Translations under genes and position numbers: made by a program | Shown: positions 1 to 9,765 of the stretch, piece by piece | Layout: every line of letters begins with the position of its first letter | How positions within the stretch are numbered: the first letter of the stretch is position 1 | Notes under the pieces: generated by a model | Seen by the model: only the letters and a program-made list of their open reading frames with translations | Databases searched by the model: none | What the model was told of the DNA's origin: nothing | Source of the DNA: a virus | Direction: 5' to 3' (one strand) | IMG/VR virus record: IMGVR_UViG_3300025266_000005 | Location: 3,708-67,707 of that record | Length of the DNA stretch: 64,000 nt

Positions 1-1879
1 TAAGTGCGGCCTCAATAGTTCGCTCAAACGTGATCATACGTTGGTTAGCTAAACACTGAGTTGCCCACATGGTTAGATGTATGTCGGCACTAGATGGTAT
101 ATACCAATTACCTATATTTTCATCTACCATCCTATCTAGGCATATATCTACCTGCTGGCCTTCTAGCGGATCAGAAAAGCTAACACCAGAAAACATGAAA
201 AGGATTTTACCATCATCAGGCAATCTAATATTGCTTATATATATATTATTTGGTAGGTTGTTCGTGCCGTTAGGTAACTGCATACTAATCATTCGCGACC
301 TTGGTGGCATTGTTGTTGAGGTAATGTTGGCAGGACTTGTGCCGCCATAACTCCCCATATAAAACCAGTCATCTACACTCGCGGTCGATGGAGAGCTAGC
401 AAAGTCACTGGTTGTGCCAGAAAGCAGCATGATGCCAAAGTTATCCGCTTGCGGATTACCTCCGGTATAAAAGCCTTTAGGCCCAGTCGATGAGGTCAGT
501 CCGGTTGCGTCCGCACTCAGTTTATAAGCATCATCAATGCGTATCGCATCATCACTGATTTTTTCAGCAATTCGGCGTAACGCTCCACTAAAATAAATCC
601 AGTTTGTATTCTCTCTGTCGTAACCAATGCTTGCTGCTGCGGTGTGGTCATAGCCTGCAAACTTGCCTGTCTCGGTTAATACTCCTGTTGACTCAACATA
701 GCTCGCATTTGTTAAAGCAAAGCCGTTAGGGTCTCTGCCATCGTTTGAATCATTGCCAGATGAGCCAGCATAGAAGTAAAAATCAGCTCCACAAGGATTT
801 ATGGTTACATTACGACTAAACACATGCTTGATAACGTTCCCTGTAGAGTTTGCCAGCATGACGGTTGTTTCTACTCTGTAATCGCCATCCTTACGAATAA
901 GCGCAGTAATTTCAGGCCCCGGTGTATCGGTATATGGGTTGACTACCGACTCATCACCAAATTTATGAACCTTTTTAACTTCGCCCAAATATTCAATTGG
1001 ATCGCCATTGGCATACGTCACTTTTGTTTCATAATGGGCGTGACGGTATGCACTGACAGGCTTTCCTGTATGACGTAATACGCCTGACGCGACTGCTTCG
1101 GCTGTAATCATCAATGAGCAAGGGGCTTCTAGCGTGCCCGCTAATATTCTTTCCTCAACGCTATCCTGAAACTTCAATTCTGTTACCTGAATTGAAGTTC
1201 CGTTTACTTGCGTGTAGCCGTGGAAGACCAGTGGCATCGCGTCGATTTCAGCCACCACCCAATCAGCAGTGTTAGTCGCTGCACTGCCAGCCGCATTAGT
1301 CGCAGTAATGGACAAGCCTGAAACGGTTTCAAAAACAGCATTGGTGTAGGTAAATACACAAGTTGAGGTGTTAAACGTCAACCATGCTGGCAACGTGCCT
1401 GTCGCAATGGAATAGCTGTCAATCTCACCCGCAAAACAATAAGCCGCACTAAATGTGCCTGTATCGCCTTCGGTTAATTGAGGGAAAACTAAATCAAATT
1501 CAAAGGTCGGCGCTTCAAGTGCGGCCGCTTTGTAGACAGTGACCGAACGGAATAAAGGCGTAACCGTAAAGCCTGAAGGAACATTGATAATATCCAGCGT
1601 TACGCCCTGCCCATCTTCAACCGTAATCGTGTTGATATTGACGGTATAAACAGCACCAACTTTCGACACAACACCCTTGCTTGCACCGGTAACAACAAAG
1701 TTAGCCGTGGTTAAGCCTGGATCAACATCAAACGTGGCTGTTAATTGCGTGGTGGAAACTGTGCCACTTGTGCCGTTTGCGGTTAGGGATTGGAAGGATA
1801 CTGCTGTTGGCTCTGCAGGCGGCACAAATTTAGGTTTTCGTCCTAAAATCCATGGTGCTATGTTGCCCATAATATTCAT
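1..1879 (-). CDS. Large multidomain fibre/depolymerase-like protein (over 620 aa, 3' end outside window)
   Basis: Absent from the ORF track, apparently because it has no stop in the window; spot-checked open at both ends. ATG 1879 with AGGA RBS; MNIMGNIAPWILG...FQSLTANGTSGTVSTTQL domain shared with 44110-47040; He_PIG/Ig-like stretch (SYSIATGTLPAWLTFN); FYAGSSGNDSNDG motif typical of pectin-lyase-like beta-helix proteins. Confidence 0.7.
   Translation of the reverse strand, partial: MNIMGNIAPWILGRKPKFVPPAEPTAVSFQSLTANGTSGTVSTTQLTATFDVDPGLTTANFVVTGASKGVVSKVGAVYTVNINTITVEDGQGVTLDIINVPSGFTVTPLFRSVTVYKAAALEAPTFEFDLVFPQLTEGDTGTFSAAYCFAGEIDSYSIATGTLPAWLTFNTSTCVFTYTNAVFETVSGLSITATNAAGSAATNTADWVVAEIDAMPLVFHGYTQVNGTSIQVTELKFQDSVEERILAGTLEAPCSLMITAEAVASGVLRHTGKPVSAYRHAHYETKVTYANGDPIEYLGEVKKVHKFGDESVVNPYTDTPGPEITALIRKDGDYRVETTVMLANSTGNVIKHVFSRNVTINPCGADFYFYAGSSGNDSNDGRDPNGFALTNASYVESTGVLTETGKFAGYDHTAAASIGYDRENTNWIYFSGALRRIAEKISDDAIRIDDAYKLSADATGLTSSTGPKGFYTGGNPQADNFGIMLLSGTTSDFASSPSTASVDDWFYMGSYGGTSPANITSTTMPPRSRMISMQLPNGTNNLPNNIYISNIRLPDDGKILFMFSGVSFSDPLEGQQVDICLDRMVDENIGNWYIPSSADIHLTMWATQCLANQRMITFERTIEAAL
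1541..1797. repeat. Dispersed repeat copy 1 (shared fibre domain; copy 2 at 46708-46964)
   Basis: Ungapped alignment at offset 45167, with mostly third-position differences. Confidence 0.9.
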
Positions 1880-1902
1880 GCGGTTTTCCTGTTTTTAGGC
1901 GC

Positions 1903-1927
1903 AAAAAAAACCCGCTCAACGGCAGGC
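1903..1927 (-). terminator. Intrinsic terminator
   Basis: GCCTGC-CGTTGA-GCGGGT stem followed by a T run on the minus strand. Confidence 0.7.
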
Positions 1928-1947
1928 TTTATGGTTTGATGGCTTTA

Positions 1948-2214
1948 TTAACTGGACCATTCAGTAAAATCAATTTTCACTGACCCGGTGGACGCCCTCA
2001 CCCAAGCTGTTAAGGTTGATGTTTTGGGGAATGCCTCAAGCGGGGCAAGCTTCATTCCTTCAACGCCTGCGCCTGGCGCGCCTGATGCGGTTTCAGCGTA
2101 GTAGCAGGAAAGTAAAGCTGTTTTATTTTGAATAGCCCCCGATAAGCCGTCCGCAGCCGTTATTTCAACCCATCCATCTTCTTTAGTAATTGTCACTGTA
2201 TTGCTGGTTGCCAT
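1948..2214 (-). CDS. Small beta-rich virion accessory protein (possible fibre/spike base)
   Basis: 88 aa, GAGGT RBS, beta-strand-like pattern, directly upstream of the large fibre gene. Confidence 0.5.
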   Translation of the reverse strand: MATSNTVTITKEDGWVEITAADGLSGAIQNKTALLSCYYAETASGAPGAGVEGMKLAPLEAFPKTSTLTAWVRASTGSVKIDFTEWSS

Positions 2215-2287
2215 TTTGCTACCTCGTCTTAATTGGGAACGCGATCAGCCCTCAGAAATGAATCTGCTTCGCGTGAATTTCGGGCAT

Positions 2288-2309
2288 AAAAAAAACCGCT
2301 TTCGCGGCC
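2288..2309 (-). terminator. Intrinsic terminator after tail fibre chaperone
   Basis: GGCCGC-GAAA-GCGGTT followed by a T run. Confidence 0.75.
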
Positions 2310-2332
2310 TTGATGAATGATTAGATGTTTAA

Positions 2333-2716
2333 CTAAAGCGTTTTGGCCAGAGTGAATAAACTATTCAACTCTGATTCAGTACCGCCAAGCTGGTTCCACA
2401 TAGATTGTAGAAAAGGATTGCCTAACTCCCATGTGTCAGCTTCATACTCAATCTGGGCGTCTATACGAGCGTCATCATCAGCAATATTATTGATAGCAGA
2501 CTCAACAATTAATAGCTTATTAGCTCGACGCAACGCTAACCTGCCCTGCCTGCGAGTTATAGTGGTTACCTGTGGCGCGGGCGGCTGATTAGCCGCAATA
2601 ATAGCATCTGCCTGCTGCTTGGTTATCGTTACCAGTCCGCTAGGAATGAACTCATCCTGACTGCCATCAGATTCAAAAGCATATATTTTGTCGTTATTGT
2701 CTTTGTAATATTTCAT
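2333..2716 (-). CDS. Tail fibre assembly chaperone
   Basis: Start MKYYKDNNDKIYAFESDGSQD overlaps the fibre stop (TAATG); C-terminal ITRRQGRLAL...LFTLAKTL resembles 47104-47622. Confidence 0.7.
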   Translation of the reverse strand: MKYYKDNNDKIYAFESDGSQDEFIPSGLVTITKQQADAIIAANQPPAPQVTTITRRQGRLALRRANKLLIVESAINNIADDDARIDAQIEYEADTWELGNPFLQSMWNQLGGTESELNSLFTLAKTL

Positions 2717-3342
2717 TATCGTAACTCCGCCCAGCTTTGTATGCCACTTGGCGCGCTTAATGAGTACACACCACCATTTGGAACTATAAATTGAACCGAC
2801 ATTGCAAAACCACCTACAGGACAAGCCAGGATGGTTACCCCATTAACTATGGCAATTACATTCTGACCCTCAGTGTTTACACCGATTGACGCTGAAATCA
2901 TGATCGATCTGCCAGTAGAATTGGTGTAGTTGACGTCAAGAGATCGGCTGCCGCCAACATTTTGCCAAGTTTGTACCTCCCCAATGGCTAGAGTTTTAAT
3001 TTTAGAATCTAGTTTTACTGGGCTTATAGAGCTTTCTGTGGTTAATAAGCCAGAATCCCATATAGCTTGCAATTGCGATGGAGCTACGCGGGTATTTATC
3101 ATGGACAGGATGGCGTTTAATACTTGTGACGCCTGGGCGGTCTCAACAACTCCGTTGGCAACTATTTCAGCCTCATCAAGCGTGGCGTCCCTAAATCCAA
3201 GCCAGTCATTGGCCCAGTCTTTTTCAAGCGGGGTTCCGTCCTCTGACTCCGGCGATGTGTCATTCCTGAAGCTACCTGTTGGGTAGTCAAGTGATGGAGC
3301 GTCCGCATTGGCGGGATATTTCGTTTTTACATTTATAGCCAT
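2716..3342 (-). CDS. Short tail fibre protein
   Basis: Follows baseplate genes; N-terminal DGTPLEKDWAND attachment-type motif and C-terminal QTWQNV...YTNSTGRSIM...WAELR tip domain. Confidence 0.75.
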   Translation of the reverse strand: MAINVKTKYPANADAPSLDYPTGSFRNDTSPESEDGTPLEKDWANDWLGFRDATLDEAEIVANGVVETAQASQVLNAILSMINTRVAPSQLQAIWDSGLLTTESSISPVKLDSKIKTLAIGEVQTWQNVGGSRSLDVNYTNSTGRSIMISASIGVNTEGQNVIAIVNGVTILACPVGGFAMSVQFIVPNGGVYSLSAPSGIQSWAELR

Positions 3343-3995
3343 TAGTAGCCCCTGTATCTTCTGAAACGTATATCACTTGCACCCATCCTGACCGCTGACG
3401 CTGTTGGTGCAAACCTATAAAAATCGGTCTTTTCTGTAATCCCTAAAAATTTCACACCCTGTGGCCTTTGGATAAGATTTGAATTGAATAATGCCCACCG
3501 AGTAAGGCTGTCAATATCTCCAGAAAACTCTATTCCGAAGGTCATATCCTGGTTGTCATTTACGGCAAGATACTCAATACCTGGCGCAATGATCATCATC
3601 TGCCTAAGAATACTTTTAATGGTTGCGTCGCCATTGTTTTTGGCGATCTTTGCTTTGATTGCTATCCGCAAAAGACCGTCAGACATTATGGTGTCGGATG
3701 CGGCTGTTTTTGCCGACATGGTCGCACCACCACCCATACGAGGTTGAATATCGGTGGATGCAGCGAAACGATATTGATTTAGCGGTATATTTGAAACAAA
3801 CCCGCGATCCAAAACAACAATCCTAGCTAGCACATCAAGCTGCTCGCCTTCGGCGGAATCTATGTCATATGAATTTCTGACCGCCTCCGCCGCTGATTCA
3901 ATATCACCTCCCAATACTCTGGCAATATTCATCCAATCAACAAGTTTTGGCTTACTCCGATATTGGCTATAAATCCGGCTTGGTAGATTTATCAT
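3342..3995 (-). CDS. Baseplate wedge protein (DUF2612-like)
   Basis: SQYRSKPKL...DIDSAEGEQLDVLARIV motif; position after J-like gene. Confidence 0.75.
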   Translation of the reverse strand: MINLPSRIYSQYRSKPKLVDWMNIARVLGGDIESAAEAVRNSYDIDSAEGEQLDVLARIVVLDRGFVSNIPLNQYRFAASTDIQPRMGGGATMSAKTAASDTIMSDGLLRIAIKAKIAKNNGDATIKSILRQMMIIAPGIEYLAVNDNQDMTFGIEFSGDIDSLTRWALFNSNLIQRPQGVKFLGITEKTDFYRFAPTASAVRMGASDIRFRRYRGY

Positions 3996-5212
3996 GCAAT
4001 CGTTACCGTGATATTAGATTCAGTCCATCGGCTTAACTCGTTATAAGCAATCGCCTGATTTGTGGTTGCGCCATTAACAGTTAAAGCGGAAACAAAAGCG
4101 TTTCCGTAAGGCTCAATTACGTGGTTTATAGGTGTATATAAGCTGCTGTATGGCACTGATTCGCCAATATCAAACCCTCTATCACGAAAGCCGCATGATG
4201 GAGAGGTCATCGACCCATTGGCAAACTCAAGAAATGCCTCACTTATCAGGCTTTCAATATCTTCTGGCAATTCATTTAAGGTATCGGTTAACTCAATAAC
4301 AATAACCATATCCACATAAGTTGGACGGTTAATGCGTATTGGTTGAATGTTGGTGGGGTAATCTTCGTCTGTGACAATTACAACTGTATCGTCACCGGTA
4401 TCGGCTAAAAAACAGCCTGGGTTTTTCTTGCTATACACCGCATAAGCAATATCGTAATCCTCGCCGCCATCCACAATAATTCCCATTGAATGCTCTGGTA
4501 GTCCGTGAGGGTTAAATATAGGATCAACTGTTGCTGAATCGGTGGTGTTTTCATAAATTCTGGCACGGCGAACACCTTCAACGGCGTAGATTTCACCCAA
4601 TGCAGACCCAATCTGATTTTTGCCCGCCCTTGCTACTGCGGCACGCCTTTTCAAGCGCAAAGCTGAATCTGTTTCGACTGTGGTTCCTGGTGTTGCTGGT
4701 GCTGGGTTTGTAACGCCGGTCACGCCACTCATCGTGGTAATTATCTTTGTCAGCGTTCCTGTGTCTGCTTGCGTCAATCCAATTACAGTGGCCTTGGCTG
4801 GAACCGTTGCCGCGCCTGAAACGTCTAGCGTGTAGGTTTGACTAACGGTCCATCGTGATCCGGTAGTCGCGGACTCAACAATTGCGCCCGACAAAACGGT
4901 TGCACCTGGATTGCCAGAAAATAACAGCTCAACGTCTGATGGCGTTCCTTGCGATCTTGATGTGAACGTAATTGCTGATAACACGTCCAAATCAATGCCA
5001 CGAGCCTTGTTTGGGTCTTTTGAGTTGTACGCCTGCATCAGCGTTTCATCTAAGGCAGAGAATACCTCCGCATCATGTGCGATTTTTAAACCGTCAGGCG
5101 TGGATGGATCAAGATTCCAACTAGGATCGATCTCTAAATATAAATCCCTTTGATTGTTAAACCATTCGTTTTGAGTGGTTAACTTATAGCCCTGTGGTGT
5201 CAACTGCGCCAT
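3992..5212 (-). CDS. Baseplate J/gp47 family protein
   Basis: ARGIDLD, ETDSALRLKR and VEGVRRARIYEN motifs. Confidence 0.85.
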   Translation of the reverse strand: MAQLTPQGYKLTTQNEWFNNQRDLYLEIDPSWNLDPSTPDGLKIAHDAEVFSALDETLMQAYNSKDPNKARGIDLDVLSAITFTSRSQGTPSDVELLFSGNPGATVLSGAIVESATTGSRWTVSQTYTLDVSGAATVPAKATVIGLTQADTGTLTKIITTMSGVTGVTNPAPATPGTTVETDSALRLKRRAAVARAGKNQIGSALGEIYAVEGVRRARIYENTTDSATVDPIFNPHGLPEHSMGIIVDGGEDYDIAYAVYSKKNPGCFLADTGDDTVVIVTDEDYPTNIQPIRINRPTYVDMVIVIELTDTLNELPEDIESLISEAFLEFANGSMTSPSCGFRDRGFDIGESVPYSSLYTPINHVIEPYGNAFVSALTVNGATTNQAIAYNELSRWTESNITVTIA

Positions 5213-5552
5213 TGTATAAAACCTCTATCTCGCCAAATTGCGTTAATACATAACTCGATATAGTTATCGAGCGCGACTGCAGATCATAATCAAGATTAAA
5301 AGAAAGTAGCCGCACCACCCCCGGCGTTCTGGCAATTCTGTTTCTTAAGATTGACTCAACACTGTTCAGGCTTTCAAACTTGCCAAGAATTTGCTGGAAC
5401 CAGGGCGTTCCGTCAGTTATGTCTCTGAAATACTCAGCTAGGAAAAGCTTTAATCTTGTCACGCAGGTTTGGGCTATTTCTTCGCGATCGTGAATAAACA
5501 CATCGCCAGTGGTGACGATATCGCCCTGCTCATTTAATTTTCTTACCGTCAT
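5184..5552 (-). CDS. Baseplate wedge / sheath initiator (gp25/W-like)
   Basis: IAQTCVTRLKLFLAEYFRDITDGTPW...TPGV motif. Confidence 0.75.
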   Translation of the reverse strand: MTVRKLNEQGDIVTTGDVFIHDREEIAQTCVTRLKLFLAEYFRDITDGTPWFQQILGKFESLNSVESILRNRIARTPGVVRLLSFNLDYDLQSRSITISSYVLTQFGEIEVLYNGAVDTTGL

Positions 5553-6229
5553 ACTGGTGGCCCCGATGTTCCGCCGCCCGACTCAACGCCCGAATGGACG
5601 TGATCGTTGCCGCTAATGGATCCGCTTCCCCATACTATATTTTCCGGCGTGGTAATAAGGCCTTCCGGAGTGATAACCACATTGTTAATGGTGACCGTTC
5701 CATCTGCCGCCATGCGTATATGACCTATACTGTTTTCAACTGAAATTGTGTCGTCATTTTTTAACCAAGCAAACTGACTGCCTGATTTATTTCTTAATCT
5801 AATGCCATTGTTTTGAAAGTCTGGCAATACATTTGGATCGCTTCTAAATCCAGGCACAAAGAACGCATCTTGCAAGCTGTGCAATCTGCCTATTGGGTTC
5901 TGTGCGATGCCGCCTGTTGTTTTCCAGCCATCGGTACAACGTTGGGAGAAAAAAACCATCCCCTCGCAACCTCGGTCAATCTGGTACTCAATGCAGTAAT
6001 CGCCTCCAGGGAAGTGAATTGGCACGTCAATAATTGGCTTAAGTGCAAATGAAGATCCATTGATGTCAACACGCTCAATACCGACCTGTATCTGTGCCCG
6101 CTGTTTCGACCCGCCGTCTATTAGTGCAATTACGTGACCTGGCACACTGGTGTAAACGGTTTTCATTAACTCATGGAATCCCGCCTTTAATGGCGCTGAA
6201 CCAGTCGTTTCTTTATGACCATTACTCAT
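5549..6229 (-). CDS. Central puncturing spike (gp138/gpV-like)
   Basis: PIHFPGG, RLHSLQDAFFVPG and C-terminal metal-binding HxH (DHVHSGV). Confidence 0.85.
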   Translation of the reverse strand: MSNGHKETTGSAPLKAGFHELMKTVYTSVPGHVIALIDGGSKQRAQIQVGIERVDINGSSFALKPIIDVPIHFPGGDYCIEYQIDRGCEGMVFFSQRCTDGWKTTGGIAQNPIGRLHSLQDAFFVPGFRSDPNVLPDFQNNGIRLRNKSGSQFAWLKNDDTISVENSIGHIRMAADGTVTINNVVITPEGLITTPENIVWGSGSISGNDHVHSGVESGGGTSGPPV

Positions 6230-6234
6230 GGCGG

Positions 6235-7656
6235 CTACCTAATGTATTTAAGGCCTTCCATGTAAGACTTATCAACTCTTTCAACGGCCTCACCTCGTGT
6301 TATTTTATCGTCGCGATTTGCATCTAAACCGGCGTTTTGTGCGTACTGTCTGGCGTATGTTCCGGTCTTTTCCCACATCACATAGCTTTCAGGTTTATTA
6401 ATTGCTGCAGGCCACAGCACCGCCATGTATGCATCACCAATATTTCTGATGCGTCTGGCGTAGTCTTCAAAATAACGCTCGACGTAATCAAGCTGCTGAA
6501 CTGCTGTCATTCTGGCTAATGCTGTTGTGCTGGTGCCAAGACCTACCGCTGTTGACGGAATAAACTGTATTAATCCTGTAGCACCGGAACCGGCCAGATT
6601 GGTTGTTGTCGGATCAAATGAATTGCCCGTTTCAAAAGCCATAATTGCCATGAGCCAGTTGGCGTTAATACCAAGATTGCTTTCAATCTGACGGACTCTC
6701 GCTCTAAATTCCTTACTGACTTTCGCGCCCCAAACCAGACCGCCCGTAGCTTGTCTTTCTTCAACACTTGGCGCTTGCTCAGTTGCCAGTATTCCCGGCA
6801 CTAATCCATCGATCGTTAAATCCCACGAATCGCCGTGACTATCGCCCGTATAGGACATGGCCAGCACGTTATAAAGGCCGTTCGCATTTGCATTGCCGGA
6901 TAGCTGCTGAATAAAAATATTGCCGGTATTGAATGTGCTGAACTCAGATTTAACATTAATTCGGCTTGACGTTCTAATGTATGGGTTAATACGCATCGTG
7001 ACCGTTACACCCAATCCATCAGGGCCGCGATTCACTTCTGGCATACCTACCATGCCGGTGTATTGGTTTACTTCAAATATCGGCGTTGTTCTGGTTTTGC
7101 CTTTTCGTGTAACGGTTATCCGGCCGCGATCTTCAACCCATGTAAAGCCAAACTGCCCGCCCAAGTCGGTGAGGATTTTAGGAATATCTCCATCTGCAAT
7201 AAATCCACTTATAAAAACGGGTTTATCGGTAAATTGCGACTCATCTAAATCTAACGCTCTAGGCCATGCTGAGGCTAAATCTTTAACCACATCGACAAGC
7301 AGTGTTCCCGCGCCATACGATGAATTAATAGATCCCCTGTCATATACTGGCGTACCAGACCGGCAAAGCAATCTTGTTGCTGTGCTTGTCCCGTCACGCT
7401 CTGGCAATACGTTATTTATGATGCCGTTGAAAATTAAATCAACGCTATTCTCATAGCCCGCTTTTAGCGCGATCGTTGATCCCTGACTGATAATGCTGGT
7501 TTTTGCCAAGTTGTATAATCGAATATCGGCAAATGATTGTGTATTTAAAGGTGATACAACCACATCAAAGACGCAACGTAACTGTCTATCTCTGCCGCCT
7601 TGCACAAACTCATTGCCGTCTATCTCAATCAGCCATCGGCGCAAATATTGAGACAT
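6235..7656 (-). CDS. Baseplate hub protein fused to a C-terminal lytic transglycosylase/lysozyme-like domain
   Basis: Hub part ends at YTGDSHGDSWD; then WGAKVS...MAIMAFETG...SGATGLIQF...QLDYV and an EF-hand-like DANRDDKIT. Confidence 0.8.
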   Translation of the reverse strand: MSQYLRRWLIEIDGNEFVQGGRDRQLRCVFDVVVSPLNTQSFADIRLYNLAKTSIISQGSTIALKAGYENSVDLIFNGIINNVLPERDGTSTATRLLCRSGTPVYDRGSINSSYGAGTLLVDVVKDLASAWPRALDLDESQFTDKPVFISGFIADGDIPKILTDLGGQFGFTWVEDRGRITVTRKGKTRTTPIFEVNQYTGMVGMPEVNRGPDGLGVTVTMRINPYIRTSSRINVKSEFSTFNTGNIFIQQLSGNANANGLYNVLAMSYTGDSHGDSWDLTIDGLVPGILATEQAPSVEERQATGGLVWGAKVSKEFRARVRQIESNLGINANWLMAIMAFETGNSFDPTTTNLAGSGATGLIQFIPSTAVGLGTSTTALARMTAVQQLDYVERYFEDYARRIRNIGDAYMAVLWPAAINKPESYVMWEKTGTYARQYAQNAGLDANRDDKITRGEAVERVDKSYMEGLKYIR

Positions 7657-7949
7657 TAGGCCACCCAAGTAAGCGTGTTATCGATGCCTAAACTATCTAA
7701 TGTGGCCTGCTTTCCGGTGAATACCAGTGAGCCTATTTTGGCCTGATAGTTTTCGATGATATCTGCTCCAGGCTCTAACATTGCACCCAAAACCAACGGC
7801 GTGCCATCACGGTAAATATTTAAACTCCATGCGGGGTAATCCAGATACGAAAGGTAATTAATCTCAAAGTCCAGAAAGTTATTACCAAGCTGCATTGAAA
7901 AGCGTTGATGTGCATTTGCAGGGCCAGCAAGCAAAGGAATTGTGATCAT
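7656..7949 (-). CDS. Small baseplate protein
   Basis: 97 aa between Dit-like gene and hub; MITIPL...WSLNIY pattern. Confidence 0.6.
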   Translation of the reverse strand: MITIPLLAGPANAHQRFSMQLGNNFLDFEINYLSYLDYPAWSLNIYRDGTPLVLGAMLEPGADIIENYQAKIGSLVFTGKQATLDSLGIDNTLTWVA

Positions 7950-8611
7950 ATATCCTCACCCACGTATTGCATGACATCCTCAACGGCTATCGTGACCGCG
8001 CCACTAGGCTGCACACCTACTTTCTGTCCTGCGTTCACATCGGCTGCGGCTGCACTTTTAACTGGATCGCCATCAGGCAATTGAAACTGTGACGGCTGCA
8101 GTTTTTCTGGCAGCCTGTCGAGCGTGATCAATTCTTGTAATTCAGCAATGAATATCAGTCCATTTTCATTTACTGGATCTCGTGTCCTGCTGATTCTGGT
8201 TAGCACCATATTGGCTAAGTTGGCATCGACGGTATCAACATCAAACGGCAGGCCAGCCACCATTAAATCAATTAAAAATTGTAAGGTGCTTGACGCTCTT
8301 GTTGCGTTATTGCCTGATAGGAAGCCAATGGACAGCCCTGCAACCGTTGCTACAAAGGGATTGCTTCTATCTATGTTTGTTCCCGCACCGATAAAGTCAG
8401 TCAGTATCGGTTTGATAGGGTTATTACTCACCGCGCCGGTCAAGAAATAACGGATAGGGTTAATGATTCTGTGATCGTTTACGCGAGCGCCAGATTCCAC
8501 TGGATAGCGTGTTAATTCGATGCTGGCATCAATCGTATCTTCAAGAGTGGCGTCTAACTTATAACCTGCCAGCGTGGGAGACTGACGGAATAGGATATTA
8601 ATAACACTCAT
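7946..8611 (-). CDS. Tail tube initiator / Dit-like baseplate protein
   Basis: ELTRYPVESGARVNDH motif; directly after tape measure. Confidence 0.75.
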   Translation of the reverse strand: MSVINILFRQSPTLAGYKLDATLEDTIDASIELTRYPVESGARVNDHRIINPIRYFLTGAVSNNPIKPILTDFIGAGTNIDRSNPFVATVAGLSIGFLSGNNATRASSTLQFLIDLMVAGLPFDVDTVDANLANMVLTRISRTRDPVNENGLIFIAELQELITLDRLPEKLQPSQFQLPDGDPVKSAAAADVNAGQKVGVQPSGAVTIAVEDVMQYVGEDI

Positions 8612-9765
8612 TATCTGTCCGTCGTTGTTTGCATATCGTCGATTGTGGCTTGATCGCGCCGCTCAATCACCCCTGTTACCGTATTCTCTAAAGCCTTGCC
8701 ATCAATCGTTAGATTAACGTCGAGATTGTTCTGTATTTTTGGTTGTTGATAATTAGTTGTGTCACTACGGCTGTTATAAAAGTTGTAGTCAGGCGTTGCT
8801 CTGATAGCGTCCTGATTGTCTACTGCGCCATCCATGACTGACTGCCGGTAAATGGATGATCGTTCAATGGCTTTGGCGCGCTGATCACCTATCCATCCGC
8901 CAACCGAATCAGTAATACCGCTAAAGCCTTCCGCGTGCCATTCACGTCTTTCACCACCATCTTTGCCAAATACGCCCTTATCGAGCATATTCTCCCAAGC
9001 TGTTGGCGCTTCTGGATCTCTTGGCGTCGTGGCCCTATCAATTAAGTCGTTTGCTGTTTCTAACATTCCAGCAAAGGCGGGCAGCATTTTTTCAGCCAGC
9101 GTATTTGATACGCCCTCTATTCTCAGCTTTGTTAACGCTAACTGCTCGTTGAAATCCCTAGCCGCTTCTGTTGAATCTTGTATGTTTCCGGTTAGGTTGG
9201 ATGCCTGCTCGATCAGCCTGTCAAACTCTTGCTGCCCCTGACGCAGTGACCGCATAGTTACATCGGAAAAGCCAAATGTTTTTTGCAGTTGTAGTTGCTG
9301 CTCTTTACTAAGCTCTGGCGTAATGCTTGATAGCATTCGCATAAATTCCTCACCATCTTTAGCTTGCATTAGTGAGGCAGTATCTATTCCGGCATAGGCC
9401 AGACTTTCAAAGGCGCTCGCATCACCACGCAACCGGAAGTCGCTTAATGCGTCTTCTATGGATGAAATGGCTGATAATGCATCTGCAGCATCACCACCAA
9501 GAACCTCAAAGGCATTCCCTAGCCCATAAACAAACTTAGGCGATGAACTCAGCTTTTCTGCGGCAAGGTTAAAGCCATCTATCCGACTGCCCGCTGCAAT
9601 AGCCGCTGATGAAGCCGCCCCAAATGCGCCAACCATAGCAGCACCGGCAAACCCCGCAACTGAACGAATACGATTTAATCCGCCGGTAACCTCTCTCTCG
9701 CCCTCATCGAACTTGGAAGCATCCAAGCCAACGCCAACAAGAAAGTTTTTAATGGTGTTAGACAT
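8611..9765 (-). CDS. Tape measure protein (short, 384 aa)
   Basis: IKNFLVGVGLD start, Ala/Gly-rich helical body, position after tail chaperones. Confidence 0.75.
   Translation of the reverse strand: MSNTIKNFLVGVGLDASKFDEGEREVTGGLNRIRSVAGFAGAAMVGAFGAASSAAIAAGSRIDGFNLAAEKLSSSPKFVYGLGNAFEVLGGDAADALSAISSIEDALSDFRLRGDASAFESLAYAGIDTASLMQAKDGEEFMRMLSSITPELSKEQQLQLQKTFGFSDVTMRSLRQGQQEFDRLIEQASNLTGNIQDSTEAARDFNEQLALTKLRIEGVSNTLAEKMLPAFAGMLETANDLIDRATTPRDPEAPTAWENMLDKGVFGKDGGERREWHAEGFSGITDSVGGWIGDQRAKAIERSSIYRQSVMDGAVDNQDAIRATPDYNFYNSRSDTTNYQQPKIQNNLDVNLTIDGKALENTVTGVIERRDQATIDDMQTTTDR

Noticed and set aside
69-1898. Plus-strand ORFs 69-350, 824-1078 and 1677-1898, and similar antisense ORFs across both late regions
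   Set aside because: They are shadows of long minus-strand genes, with no RBS or family motifs
2238-2276. Hairpin ACGCGA...TCGCGT upstream of the small beta-protein gene as a riboswitch
   Set aside because: A single imperfect stem with no recognisable aptamer; too weak to call
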